Shown here one piece after another: positions 11,771 to 22,481 of a stretch of 64,000 nt of DNA. The translations under genes were made by a program, and so were the position numbers. The notes under the pieces are model-generated. The model was not told where the DNA came from and searched no databases. It saw nothing but the letters and a program-made list of their open reading frames with translations. The number at the start of each line of letters is the position of its first letter. The first letter of the stretch is position 1. This stretch comes from Anaeromyxobacter sp. (GTDB taxonomy: Bacteria; Myxococcota; Myxococcia; Myxococcales; Anaeromyxobacteraceae): assembly GCA_049840735.1 (NCBI GenBank), contig JASGJN010000017.1, positions 352,001-416,000 of the forward strand. Reading direction: 5' to 3'.

Positions 11771-12099
11771 TGATCTCCTGCTCCTCGGCCTGCCTCTCTT
11801 TGCGCGAGTACGCCGTTCTTGGGGGTGGGGCCTCGCCGGCTCCACCCCTTCTCTCTTTGCGCGGGCGGATGATCACCGAGGAGGATCGCGGCGTCGATCA
11901 TCGGCGATCAGAAATCGGCGCGGCGGACGGGCGAGGCGCGCTCGCTCCACGAAACGGACCCAGATCTCGGCGCGCACAGGATCTTCAAGCGCCGCAGGCG
12001 CGAGACCGGCGGCGCGAAGGGTCAGCGGGAATCAGGTCTAGGCCCGCCCGCGGCCTGAATATCCGAAAGTGTAATGTAGGATGACGCGACCCCTACCCC
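11771..12099 (-). repeat. Composite boundary repeat copy C
   Basis: Same sequence as copies A and B, followed by a CTACCCCA micro-duplication. Confidence 0.85.
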
Positions 12100-12417
12100 A
12101 CTACCCCACACGAACACTCGCGAGACACAAACTGCCGACATAGCCGGGCGCTTTCGCCAGCCGGCGGGGATGATTTCGGCCGAGGATCAGGTCACCCGCT
12201 TCGACTGGGCGAGGTGCCCCGACCTTGCAGGACGCCTAAAGACTTGCTCGTGCTCATGGCGGCGGAAGGCCGGGAACATGCCCTCGGCAGAATCGAGTGG
12301 GCTACGAATACAACGTGCCTGGAGTAGCTACCGCCCGCGTTCGAGGCTCGGCTTGAAGAGTAGTTCGCAGACGCCTGTCGACCGCCCTCCCGACATCCGA
12401 ACCGGATTCGAATCCGT

Positions 12418-13059
12418 TCAGGATCCACTCCGCAAGCCAAAAAGCCACACATTGAGCGCAGCCTCCTGTCCATCGAAGTCCTCGGTCAACACAAGCAATG
12501 CTCGCTGTCCCAACATATGGATTCCGCAGAAGCATGCATCATCCGAGACCGCAACATCCTGCGACACCCAACGCCTCCCATTGTCCGACACCACAACTGC
12601 CACACGAAGAGCATAGCTACCAATCGTGTTCGACGTCGCATAAACGACCAAAGCCTCCCGCTCACCGCGCGTACGAACAGACTTAATGCGCCCCCCGCGA
12701 GGCAGGATGGCCGCCAGCTCGGCTTCTTCACCAGAGTGATCAACTGCGTTCCCGAAATCACAACGAGGAGGCGGGAGCGCTGAGCCGCGAGGCAAGTGGT
12801 GATCGAAGTCCTTCAGCCACTCACCATTTCTCCACCGGATCGAAATAACGCTGCCGTGAGGCCTACCGGCCTCTTTTGCCGAATTACGCCAAAACGCCAC
12901 CGTACCTGCGTACAGCGTCACCGCCTCGCCACTCAACGCGACAGAAGCATTTCCTCCGGACAACACGATCGGAGGCTGCAGCGGCCCCTGGTCTGCCAAG
13001 ACCACGTCACCACACACGAGACAGAGAACCGCAAAGGCGACTCTCCGAGCGCCATTCAC
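12418..13059 (-). CDS. Exported protein, candidate immunity to the upstream lytic-transglycosylase-like tip
   Basis: Signal-peptide-like N-terminus (RRVAFAVLCLVCGDVVLA-D). GTG start overlaps the upstream TGA (GTGA). Confidence 0.65.
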   Translation of the reverse strand: MNGARRVAFAVLCLVCGDVVLADQGPLQPPIVLSGGNASVALSGEAVTLYAGTVAFWRNSAKEAGRPHGSVISIRWRNGEWLKDFDHHLPRGSALPPPRCDFGNAVDHSGEEAELAAILPRGGRIKSVRTRGEREALVVYATSNTIGSYALRVAVVVSDNGRRWVSQDVAVSDDACFCGIHMLGQRALLVLTEDFDGQEAALNVWLFGLRSGS

Positions 13060-13600
13060 ACTGCGCCCCCCTTCGTCTTCATTGCCGACCGAATCACTTC
13101 AGTCCTGTACCAATGCAAGAAATGGTAGTCGCGATTATCGTTGTAGCCACCCTCTCTTCGGCCCATGCGATAGTCATACTTATTGCCCGGCGGCTTCTCC
13201 CCCACACCACCACAATCCCCCTTCTCGAGAACCCTGTTCGCCTGGGTGCATGCGCCTCATATCGGGTATCGGGCCCGGCTATTTGAACCAGCGTTATATC
13301 CGGAACACGTCCGTTGCGCTATCGTTTCGGCCGAAGCCCCGGCATATCCGCGATCGCTTGACGGTACGCGCGCACAACCATGGCTACCCCAAAATCCACA
13401 TTCCTTTCCCAGTTTCCCTCAACATCGGCCGCCACCGGCGTGAACAGTTTGCCGTTGGGGGCCACGATATTGTATTTCGCCAACGCATCCTTGTCAACGA
13501 GCCCCGGGGGCGGCAGATTGCGACTATTTACCTGCATAACACCCCGATCGATTGACGCCACCCTATACTTTACATTGCCCCAGAGTTCGTACGTAGCTGG
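13056..13600 (-). pseudogene. Orphan toxin tip, lytic transglycosylase/lysozyme-like, frameshifted
   Basis: DRGVMQVN and NVDFGVAMV, then after a frameshift near 13340 SGYNAG: the SLT motif order. A further shift reads to the stop at 13056. Confidence 0.6.
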
Positions 13601-13604
13601 TCAG

Positions 13605-16099
13605 TCACTTGAGCACCCAGCGTAGGCGGCGGCGGTCTGGATCGCCTGGCAGGGAGAGGCGCATGCGGGTAACATCGCGGAGGAAGACGCGGAGCGCGTC
13701 GCGCTCGGAGTCGTTGGCCGCCGGCATGAGCGTCACGGTGGCCGCCCTCGGGGAGATGCGAACGGTACCCGGTGCGCTGAACAGGGTGCGCTGAACAGGG
13801 TGGCGAGCAGCTTCTTCACCTCGCGGGGCCGGGTTGAGCTCTGGCGCGGGCTTCACCGCGAGGTCGGCTTCCGCGTTGGCCAGGGCGATTGCGCAGCGTG
13901 TCCAGGACCGTTCTTGTAGCCCTGGTCGTGGCGGCGGAGCTTGCCGGCCGGCGGCGTGTCGCTCACCTTCGCCACGCCTGGGCACGCTGGCGCGCTGCGG
14001 CCATCAGGTCCCGCTGGCCGGTCCATGTGGCCCGGTCGGCGTCCTGCCTCGCGTGGCCGCGCTCCGGATCGTCCTCGGGCGCCCGGACCCACCGCCGGCC
14101 ACGCCTCGCCTTCGGCGGTGTGCGAGAGCTTGAGGAGCCGATCGAGCCGACGCCGCGCCGGGTTTGGGGGATCAGCGTGTCCGTCGGCGGATACTCCTCC
14201 ACCCTGCGGCCATCGAGGTGGTTGATGCCCCACCGCTCGACTTCGTACTTGGAAGCTGGCTCTCCCTGCCGACCCCAGCGCGCCACCAGGCCGCGGATGA
14301 GGGTCGCTGCCGGGAGCTCGGAGACGGCGAGCACGTTCACCTGCGCCCCGTCCTCGGTGAGCATCGCGATGCGCCGCACCCGGCCACGCTCGCGACCCAG
14401 GTTCTTCTGCGGCGCCTCCACGTAGGAGATCCGGATCGGGCGCCGCGGGTCGCTGGCCAGCGTGATGGTGAGCGACTCCCGGGAACTCGGTGGGCGCCGA
14501 TCTCGCGAGTACGGCTTCCGCTCGTAGGTGACGAACTCGGCCCCTGCGTCGCGCAGCCCCGCCCATCATGTCCGGGTAGGAACCGCCGCGTGTCGAACAC
14601 CAGCGCCGGCTTCACCTCCTCGCCCAGCGCCAGGTCCGCGAAACTCCACCACCGGCATGAGCCACGCGCAGAGCGAGTCGTGCGAGGTGGTCGAGCAGCC
14701 GGAACAGCGCGGCAGCCCTCCTCGTCGTGCACGTAGTAGTCCGTCGTCCCCCGGCACCGCGCACTTGTCCTGCATCCGCCAGCCCTTGCGGATGACGTGC
14801 TTCCCCGTGTACGGCCGCAGGTGGTTGTCCACGTACAGCCAGACCCGGTCCTCGCCCTCGCCAGTCCGGGCCAAGAGGCGCGTCGCCATGAGCCCAGGGA
14901 ACGTCTCGTTTGCAGAGATCGGCGAAGTCGTGCAGCACCCTCCGCGCCCAGCTCGCCGAGAGGCCGTCGGCGGTGGCGCAGCAGCGTGCCCACGCTCGGC
15001 GTCTCCAGCCGCCGGATGCCCTCGACCGAGCCCTCTCCCAGCGCCAGCGAGATGGCGAACGGCGTCGAGCGCCGGCCGCAGCGAGGTCAGCGGCACGTCC
15101 CCTCGCTCTCCCGCCGCCACGTCGTAGAACCCCATCCGCTCCAGCATGCCGAGCAGGAGCCACGACCCGACGTGCTGCACCACCGCGCCGCGGGCAGGCG
15201 CCACCGCCTCCAGCGTCGGCTCCGCGGCCTCCGCCTCCGACTCCTCCGGCACCGCGGCCGGCGCAGGCGCGGCAGCGCTCGCCGCCTCGTCCCGCGCCGT
15301 CTCTGCCACGCACCCGCCGAACGCGAGCGCCGACTGGCTCGCCGCCGGCTCAGGGACCACCGAAAGCATCCCCTTCCCCAAGGCGCTGCCCGCTGCCAGT
15401 CCTGCGTGAACCGCGTACACCGTGCCGTAGCTCGCCTTCTTCGCCATCGCCTGGTGCGCCCGCGCGCGCCCCAAGCCCTTTATCGAACAAGCTCCCCCAG
15501 CCGCTTCTCCAGCGCTGGCGTCCGAGACCCGCCTCCCGCCGTGCCTCCCGTGGTCGGCCACCGCGCGTAGCCCGCCTTCGTTGAACCGCGTGACCACCCG
15601 GCCCACCGTCGCCGGCGACACCCGGAACGCCCGCGCCAGCTCCTCTCGCTCGGCCTGATCCCTCACCACCGCGATGAAGACGTCCCGGGTCCCCACGTCC
15701 TCCGCGGCGTACACGCCCAGGAGCTCGCCGCGCACGAACACCGCGTAGGTGCCGTCGTCATGCTGCTCGACGCACCCGCCTCGACCGAACCAGATCCGCC
15801 TCGGCTCCGTCTCCGACCACGCCCGCCAGCATCGCACCGCTCGCCGTCGCGATCATCGACTACCATCGTCCCGCCGACGGCCCTTCGCCCATAGCTCCGG
15901 GCTTGTCCCATCCCCACCTGGATCTTCGGGCCGTTCATCCCCGCCGAATCCCGCTCACGCGAGTTGACTGTGCGTCGCTCGCGCAACCCCGCGGAACTCG
16001 ATCGGTCTGCTCGGGCGGGACACGGCCAGGTCCGAACTCTGGCGCCCAGCCTGCCTCCCCGCCGCCCCTGTCGCCAGACGGGGTTCGTGCAGCGGTTAC
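13605..16099 (-). mobile_element. Large degenerate putative DDE transposase gene with N-terminal HTH, preceded by an IS66-type end
   Basis: HTH (EELARAFRVSPATVGR), LYVDNHLRPYTG, TDYYVHD and LVFD motifs across several frames. End ...GTGCAGCGGTTAC at 16099. Confidence 0.6.
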
Positions 16100-16330
16100 C
16101 CACCTTCGCCACGCGGATCCGCGCCGGCGATTTGCCGCCGTGCCTCAGCCGATGCGACCAGTGCCGCAGGCCGCCCGCCGTGAACCCCTTGCCCTCGCAG
16201 AACCGGGGGGAGCTGAGCCCGCTCGCCCTCCACTCTGCCACCCGCTTCGCCCAGATCTCCCGACTCGACATGCCGGCCAGTGTGCGGTGGGCCGCCCCGC
16301 GCCGCTAACCGGGGTCCGTGCAGCGGTTAC
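16100..16330 (-). mobile_element. IS66 left-end fragment (5' tnpA)
   Basis: Inverted near-copy of 5106-5335. Confidence 0.85.
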
Positions 16331-16602
16331 TGATCTCCTGCCTCTCGGCCTCCTTCTCGTTTGCGCGAGTTCGGCCGTTCTGGGGGTGGGGCCCGCAAGC
16401 TCCACCCCTTCTTCATTTGCGCGGGGCGGATGATCGCCGAGGAGGATCGCGGCGTCGATCTTCGGCGATCAGAAATCGCCGTCATCAGCGGGCAGGGCGC
16501 GCCCTCACCACGAAACCGACCCCGAAACTCGGCGCGTGTCGGATCTTCAAGCGCCCCAGGCAGGAGCGCGGTGGCGCGAGAGGTCAGCGGGAATCAGGTC
16601 TG
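16331..16602 (-). mobile_element. ISAs1 left-end/leader fragment (copy E, without the 59-bp tail)
   Basis: IR GTCAGCGGGAATCAGGTCTG at 16583-16602; diverged leader homologous to 19356-19635. Confidence 0.8.
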
Positions 16603-16628
16603 CCCCGCAGAACCCGCCGCGCGACAGA

Positions 16629-19600
16629 TCAGTGCCCCGTCAGCGCGCGCAAGGGCAGCCAGGTTCCAGGCGTGCCTGCGCGAGTACACTTCCAGCCCGT
16701 AATCACATACTTCTCAAGAATAGCCCCCAACTCCACGGGGACGCCGTTCTCGATGGTGTCACCCACGTTGCACCTGATCTTTCCAGCGAACGCCACGTCG
16801 GGACTCGCATCAACACCCGCATCCAAGTACCGAAACCCGACCGGCAACGCGGGCGATTGATTTATGTAGCTCAAATACGATCCTGGCTCGATCCAATTGC
16901 CGCGCACTTGGTGCCCGACCGTACCTGACACGTTCAGCGCATACGGCACCGGAGAAGTCGCACTTCCAAGGAAAAAGTTCCCCTCAACAATGGCCGCCCC
17001 GTTGTCCACCAGCGACACATACCCATTGCGGATGGAGTTGCCCTTGAACACCAGCCCATAGCCACCGACGCGGATCTCCCGGCCAGCGGAGCTCAGATCG
17101 AAGCGGTTTCCTTCGAAGATGACGCCCGCCCGGGAATTCCAAGCCTGCGGCCCGAACGTGTTGGAGCACACATTGTTGGCGAAGACCAGTCCATCCTTGA
17201 GCCGGCCTCCCGCGTAATAGTCCCCAACGCAGTGACCGCCATTGACGAACACGTTGCCGGCGATCGTCACATGCTCGTTGTTCGCGTTGATCTCGCTCGT
17301 GAACAGAACGTGCTCGGTCAAATCGGTCGACGTGGATGCGTTTCCAGTAATAGTGATGTTCGATGCGTCACATATCTCCACGAACCTGCCCCCGCCCGTC
17401 TTGACATTGGCGGAGATGGTCGTGGGCCCGACATTACGCGTCGGCGTGATGCGAGACTGAACGCCAAGCGGGTTGATGAACCTGTTCCCCTCAACCACTG
17501 CGTTCGCCGTCCCGTCCGAAAGCGCAACATCTTCGCCAAACGTATGCCAGCTGCGGCCAGTGCCCTCGCAATGATTGCCGGCGAACCGAACCCCGTCAGC
17601 ATTCCGCGCAAGAATCGAGTAGTTCGCTACCCCCCCAAACTCATTGTCGTGAACATTGATGTTTCTATTGGCCGCACCATGGTAGGCATCCGCAAACACC
17701 GCGGTCCGAGGCGTGACAAACTTGCACCCCACGACCTCCACACCGACATTGCCCTCCAGCGCAAGCGGATACCAGTTCTCGGTCGGCAGATAGGTCGTTC
17801 CCCCGTGGGAGGTCTGGGTATTCGAGAGGCCAAACCCGAGGTTCTCGACCTTCACACTGCTGCAGCCGGAAAAGAAGAAGGCGACGCGCTCTTCCTCCAC
17901 CCCCTCCACCACGATATTGACCACCCCTTCGCCCCCAGACCCGATCCGCGCTGACGCGGGATGATCTTCGCCGGCATCTCGGCGCCGCTCTCGCAGCGGC
18001 GGGACGCAGGTCGCCCAGCGGCGTCGGCCGCGGGACGGGTCAGGTTGTCAGCGCGCAATGAAGAAGGGGCGGCCTGCGGGCCGGTGATTCAGGTGACGGC
18101 GGCGGGCCCGTGCTGATCGGCGACCCGGGTGACGAGCAGCGCGTCGCGGAGGGTCTCCGCGGCGCGGGCCCAGGCGATGGGGCTGCCGTCCTTGCGAGGC
18201 GCCAGGGCCCGCCAGGAGCTCAGCGCGTTGTAGCCGATGATCCGCAGCCAGCTGACAGTCTCGATGGCGGCGCGGTTCGCCTGGCAGGGGTGGCCATCGT
18301 CCTCGCCCAGCACCACGTCCAGGGTCCAGTGGCAGCGGTTCTCGATGCCCCAGTGCAGACGGACGAGCGCCAGCTCCTGGTTGTGGGTCAGGTTCCCAGC
18401 CGGGATCGAGGTGACGAAGTACCGCTGCTCGACCGCCACGATCTCGCCGCGCCGGTCGGTCGTGGTCTGGCAGACGTACCAGAGCTGCTGGGCGCCCTCC
18501 ATGACGACGGATGGGCTGCCGGCGACGTCGCGGACGTACAGCTCGCGCACGATGGTGTGGCCCCTGTACCGCTCGGCGGTCCGGGCGACCGGGTCACCAA
18601 TCGTGTACTCGCCGTGCTCGCGGGCGAAGGCGTGCAGGTACGGCTGGTTGCCCTTGAGGCCGAACAGGTACCAGCAGCCGAGCGAGCTCACGAGCTCCGC
18701 GTTCTCACGGGCGCAGAGACCGGCGTCGCCGGTGACGATGCGGAAATGCGCGCCCAGCGCGTCGTGGACCTTGGGGAGCAGTTCCCGGAACGCCGGGGAC
18801 TCGCCCTCCTTGGAGCCGATGATCCGCTGCCCTACGCAGGGACAGGCCGCGGACGAGGTCAGCGCGGCGCGGAGGGTGCCGAAGGTCTGCACCGACGAGC
18901 CCTCGGCGTCGTAGGCGGACTGCAGGGCGCCCGGCAGCTGCTCGCCGTCGACCCGGGACCAGGTCCCCTTGCCGTCGAAGCTCATCACGCCGACGGGGAA
19001 GCGGTCGTGCCTCACCACCTTGCGGGCGAAGAAGATCCTTCGCCTGCGCCAGGACCGTCTGCTCCAGGCCGGCAGGCGACTGCTGGGCGAGCAGGCGGTA
19101 GAGGGTGGTGTCGCATGGTTTCCCCACGACCGAGAGCCCCAGCGTTCGACGGGCGCCGAGGCCGAGGTCGGCGAAGAAGTCTTCGGCGCGACGCAGGCTC
19201 CGACAGCCCACGGAGAAGGCGGCGGCCAGGCCTCCCAGCAGGCCGAGGTGGTCGTGGACCACCCAGGCGTCCTCTCGAGGATCCTCGACCTCCCGGTCCC
19301 AGGGGATGTCGGCGTGCCGCAGGGCACGTCGGGCTTGTGCTTCGGTGATCGGCATGATCTTCTTCCTCTCGGCCTTCCTCACTTCATTACGCGCGAGGTT
19401 CCGGCCGTTCTTGGGGGGTGGGGGCCCGCGAAGCCTCCACCCCTCTTTCACTACGCGCGAACGGATGATCGCCGAGGAGGAACCCGGCGTCGATCTTGCC
19501 GATCAGGAGTTCGAGGCGATGGCGGGCGGAGCCGGCCCGAGCCACGAAACTCACCCTCGTCTCGGGGCGAAGTGGAGTCTCAAGCGCCCCAGGCGCGAGA

Positions 19601-20029
19601 ACCGCGAGGCGACGGGTCAGCGGGAATCAGGTCTGCCCCTTCGCCCCGCAGAATCAGATTCTTCTTCCCGCGAACCTGGACGATCGTCATTCTCCTTCCG
19701 TACGGGGCGCCCAGATCTTTGTAGTCAACCCAATGAGCATCGTACTCCCGGAAGGCAGCAGCATTGAGGCGATACGTTCCCGCCGGAAAGATGATGATGG
19801 CGTTATCCGGAGCCGCAGCAACAGCCGCCACGATTCCTCGGGTGTCGGCCGTTGCGTTTCCGACCCCTGATGCCCCAAAGTCCATGACATCAACTCGAGT
19901 GGCGAACCTGTCGGCAATGTACCGCGCGGTTGTCGAGCCGGTCGCCCGCGCCCAAGATTCAGACACGTCCCCGCTAACCGCCTGAGACAGTACCCATGCA
20001 CTCATCACCGCAGCAAACGTGGTCATCAC
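16629..20029 (-). pseudogene. Phage-tailspike-like right-handed beta-helix (pectate lyase 3-type) protein interrupted by ISAs1
   Basis: N-part VDVMDFGASG...DTRGIVAA...IIFPAGTY, Asn-ladder beta-helix repeats, C-terminal GWKCTRAGTPGTW. Removing the IS and one TSD gives an in-frame 562-aa ORF (...ILRGEG|VVNIV...). Confidence 0.85.
17936..19635 (-). mobile_element. Complete ISAs1-family element (transposase 18089-19355, one frameshift near 19030)
   Basis: SFDGKG, VTGDAG, LKGNQP and RLHWGIENRCHWTLDV motifs. 20-bp imperfect IRs at 17936-17955 and 19616-19635. Direct repeat CCCCTTCGCCCC at 17924-17935 and 19636-19647. Confidence 0.92.
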
Positions 20030-20111
20030 AGCCCCCAGATGAGATCAAAGCCGCATTCACATAATCGCCGGCATGCCATTTGCGCATGCCCGCCACAACG
20101 ACAATCTACAC

Positions 20112-20620
20112 TGTCGCCACCGGCGTCCAAGGGCACCGGTTCCACCGGTATCACCGGTGCCCATGAGCCCGCCCGGCGGGTCGGAGGCAGATCACGGCCC
20201 GGGCACCCGCGAGCGCGGCTGCTGCCTGGGCCCTCCAGGCCAGAGCAAAGACAGGCTGCTCGCGACTGAGCTGGGTAAGCCGCCGCTCAGCGACGACCTC
20301 GCGACCCTGCAGCAGATCATGAACCAAGACCTGGAGCGCGACCCCGGCGGCAGCGGGAAGATCCGCGAGGGCGTGGCCCCGGACCGCCGGGCCTCCTTTC
20401 AGCTGGTGTCCACCGAACCGGATCAAGCCCAACTCGCTCCCTGTAGCGCCCCGACGGTGGCGTTGGCGAGCGAGGCCACGCGCTTGGCGTGGAGGTCGCA
20501 GTCGAGGATCGAGGACACGAAGTCGTGCACGCGGTGGGGGCGAATGGCTTGGGTGCGCATGGGCCCCGCACCATGATTCCAGGTCCACCGACCGTCTACA
20601 ACGGCGCCCATCCCATGACG
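20112..20620. mobile_element. Scrap of IS fragments (IS21-type end, IS1182-like internal piece on +, IS4-like 5' piece on -)
   Basis: TGTCGCCACCGG; QDLERDPGGSGKIREGVAPDRR; LHAKRVASLANATVG. Confidence 0.5.
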
Positions 20621-20629
20621 GAGGGACGT

Positions 20630-20875
20630 TCAGGGCGTCCGAGGAACCGCGGCTACTGCGACGAGAGTATCAGAGCCACCGAGCACTCGGCGCTCCACGC
20701 GAACAAGCGTCCCCGGTGTGAACTCCCACTCCTCGTCGGCAGCGTCGTACCCTTCCGGCTCCAAGAGCAGTACCGCGTCCGCACCGACAGGCGTGGCGGG
20801 TGCGGGCCGGTAGACTTCGATCCCTTCGCCGAGAAGGCGCACGTAGACGCGCGTCGTATCAGTACTTGAATCCAT
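20630..20875 (-). CDS. Small acidic candidate immunity protein
   Basis: 81 aa, VYVRLLGEGIEVYRP...DEEWEFTPG; overlaps the stop of the upstream RNase tip. Confidence 0.7.
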   Translation of the reverse strand: MDSSTDTTRVYVRLLGEGIEVYRPAPATPVGADAVLLLEPEGYDAADEEWEFTPGTLVRVERRVLGGSDTLVAVAAVPRTP

Positions 20876-21105
20876 CGCCGCCGGCATGGATGACCTCCTT
20901 GGTGACGTTGTCAACCACCACGGACCGCAACGTCTGCGGGTGCACGTACCTTGTGGCCGCGTTGCCGGGATTCACGAGATTCTCTGCGGCGAACGCCTGA
21001 CCGCTCCGCATCGCCTCGCCGATCTGCTCCGGCGTCCACCCCCGCTTCGTCATCTGGCTCGCCCACTTAGCATCCAACTTGAACGCACCGAGCTTCCAGT
21101 CAGGG
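20859..21105 (-). pseudogene. Orphan colicin E5-like ribonuclease toxin tip
   Basis: KWASQMTKRGWT...NLVNPGNAATRYVHP...SVVVD...EVIH. No N-terminal region. Confidence 0.75.
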
Positions 21106-21169
21106 ATGGGGGGATCGGTCAGAGTACAGGCAGTTCTGCGCGCGCTATCTGGAGTGGGCGCGGCCGCTC

Positions 21170-21406
21170 TCGGCAACGCTGCGGCAGGCCCACCACGCCG
21201 GCGAGAAGACCTTCATCGACTTCAGCGGCAGCGGCCTGGATGTCGTGGACCCGATCACCGGCGACCGGAGCAAGGCGGTGCTCTTCGTCGCGGTGCTGGG
21301 CGCGTCGAACCTGACCTACGCCGAGTCGGTGCTCCACCAGGACCTGCCGACGTGGGTGGGCTGCCACCCCCGGGCCTTCGAGTACTTCGGCGGCACCAGC
21401 GAGATC
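21170..21406 (+). pseudogene. istA: IS21 transposase internal fragment
   Basis: EKTFIDFSG...AVLFVAVLGASNLTYAE...WVGCH.RAFEYFGG. Confidence 0.8.
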
Positions 21407-21486
21407 GGGTCAGCGGGAATCAGGTCTGGCCCGCCCGCGGCCTGAATATCCGAAAGTGTAATGTAGGATGACGCGACCCCTACCCC
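21407..21486 (-). repeat. Composite boundary repeat copy D (IR + 59-bp tail only)
   Basis: GTCAGCGGGAATCAGGTCTGG...GACGCGACCCCTACCCC. Confidence 0.85.
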
Positions 21487-21854
21487 ATACGTTCGGACGC
21501 TCTCGCTGCTGAACCAGGGCCTCTTTCACTACGCGGCGCTGCCGAGGATGAAGGAGGAGCGTGCCGAGGCGCTCATGGCGAAGTTCGGTGAGCTGCTCCG
21601 CGAACACCGGATCTTCCGGGAGGTCTTCGGCCTGATATGAGGGGATGGCTCAGGCGCGCCGCTTCAGCATGTGAAGCACCCGAAGCAACCCGCCGATGTG
21701 GCCACTGGTCGTGTCCTCATAGGTCTTCGGATGTAGGCGTCCTAACGCGTCCCGCATCGCGGCTGAATTCCATGCACTCGCCCACGGTCCGAACTCGCCG
21801 CGCGCGCTGGCAAGTGACAAGAGACGCCTAACAAGACGGTCCTGAACTTCCCCG

Positions 21855-22481
21855 TCAGAAGCGGAGGCCATCCGCGCCGCCGCGAGCCGGATTCCTCTCG
21901 ATGGCGTCCCCCTCGCCGTCCGGATCCCACACGTCTACAACGTGAGCAAACCTGAGTTCAACAAACCGAACAAACGAAACGACCCCCTCAGACGTCGCGT
22001 AACGAAAACGCGCCAGCACAACCGAATTCCGCAACAGCATCTCTATGCGAGCCGCGACTCGCGTGGACGAGTTGGGCGGCGCCTCGCATGCCGCCTCAAT
22101 CAGTGTCCACCAGAGATTCTGCATTTCAAAGCCCCTTAGGGCCTCTTCAAAGAAGCGACGATACTGCTCCCCCATTTTCGACCAAGCCTCAAATCGAATA
22201 CGATCCCCGAGCCAAAGATGCCACACCTCCCCGCCTTCACGGGTCTCCAAGGCCCCATCATCAACGCACAACACATCCCCAGCAGAAACGGGCGAGAGCG
22301 GCGGCGGCGTAACCGCCCCCCCGCTCACCCAATCTCGGCTCCAAGCAGCGCCGGCAAGCTCACAGAGACGCAAGACGCCCTCAGAGCCACCCCGAAGAAA
22401 TGTCGGCAGCCTCAACTCCGCAACATCCGTCATGAGCACTCTCCACGCCCTAGCTTTCACCTCTAGTCTCATCGTCAGCAA
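21855..22481 (-). CDS. Candidate immunity protein of the giant toxin (may extend toward 21490 through frameshifts)
   Basis: Abuts/overlaps the toxin stop, lower GC. True start uncertain (possibly MTDVAE at 22433). Confidence 0.6.
   Translation of the reverse strand: MLTMRLEVKARAWRVLMTDVAELRLPTFLRGGSEGVLRLCELAGAAWSRDWVSGGAVTPPPLSPVSAGDVLCVDDGALETREGGEVWHLWLGDRIRFEAWSKMGEQYRRFFEEALRGFEMQNLWWTLIEAACEAPPNSSTRVAARIEMLLRNSVVLARFRYATSEGVVSFVRFVELRFAHVVDVWDPDGEGDAIERNPARGGADGLRF

Noticed and set aside
16629..20029. Prophage
   Set aside because: Only one tailspike-like gene; no structural, packaging or integrase genes.
6274..21486. Integron attC cassette array
   Set aside because: No GTTRRRY/RYYYAAC box pairing evident in the repeat, no integrase, and most of the repeat is an ISAs1 left end.
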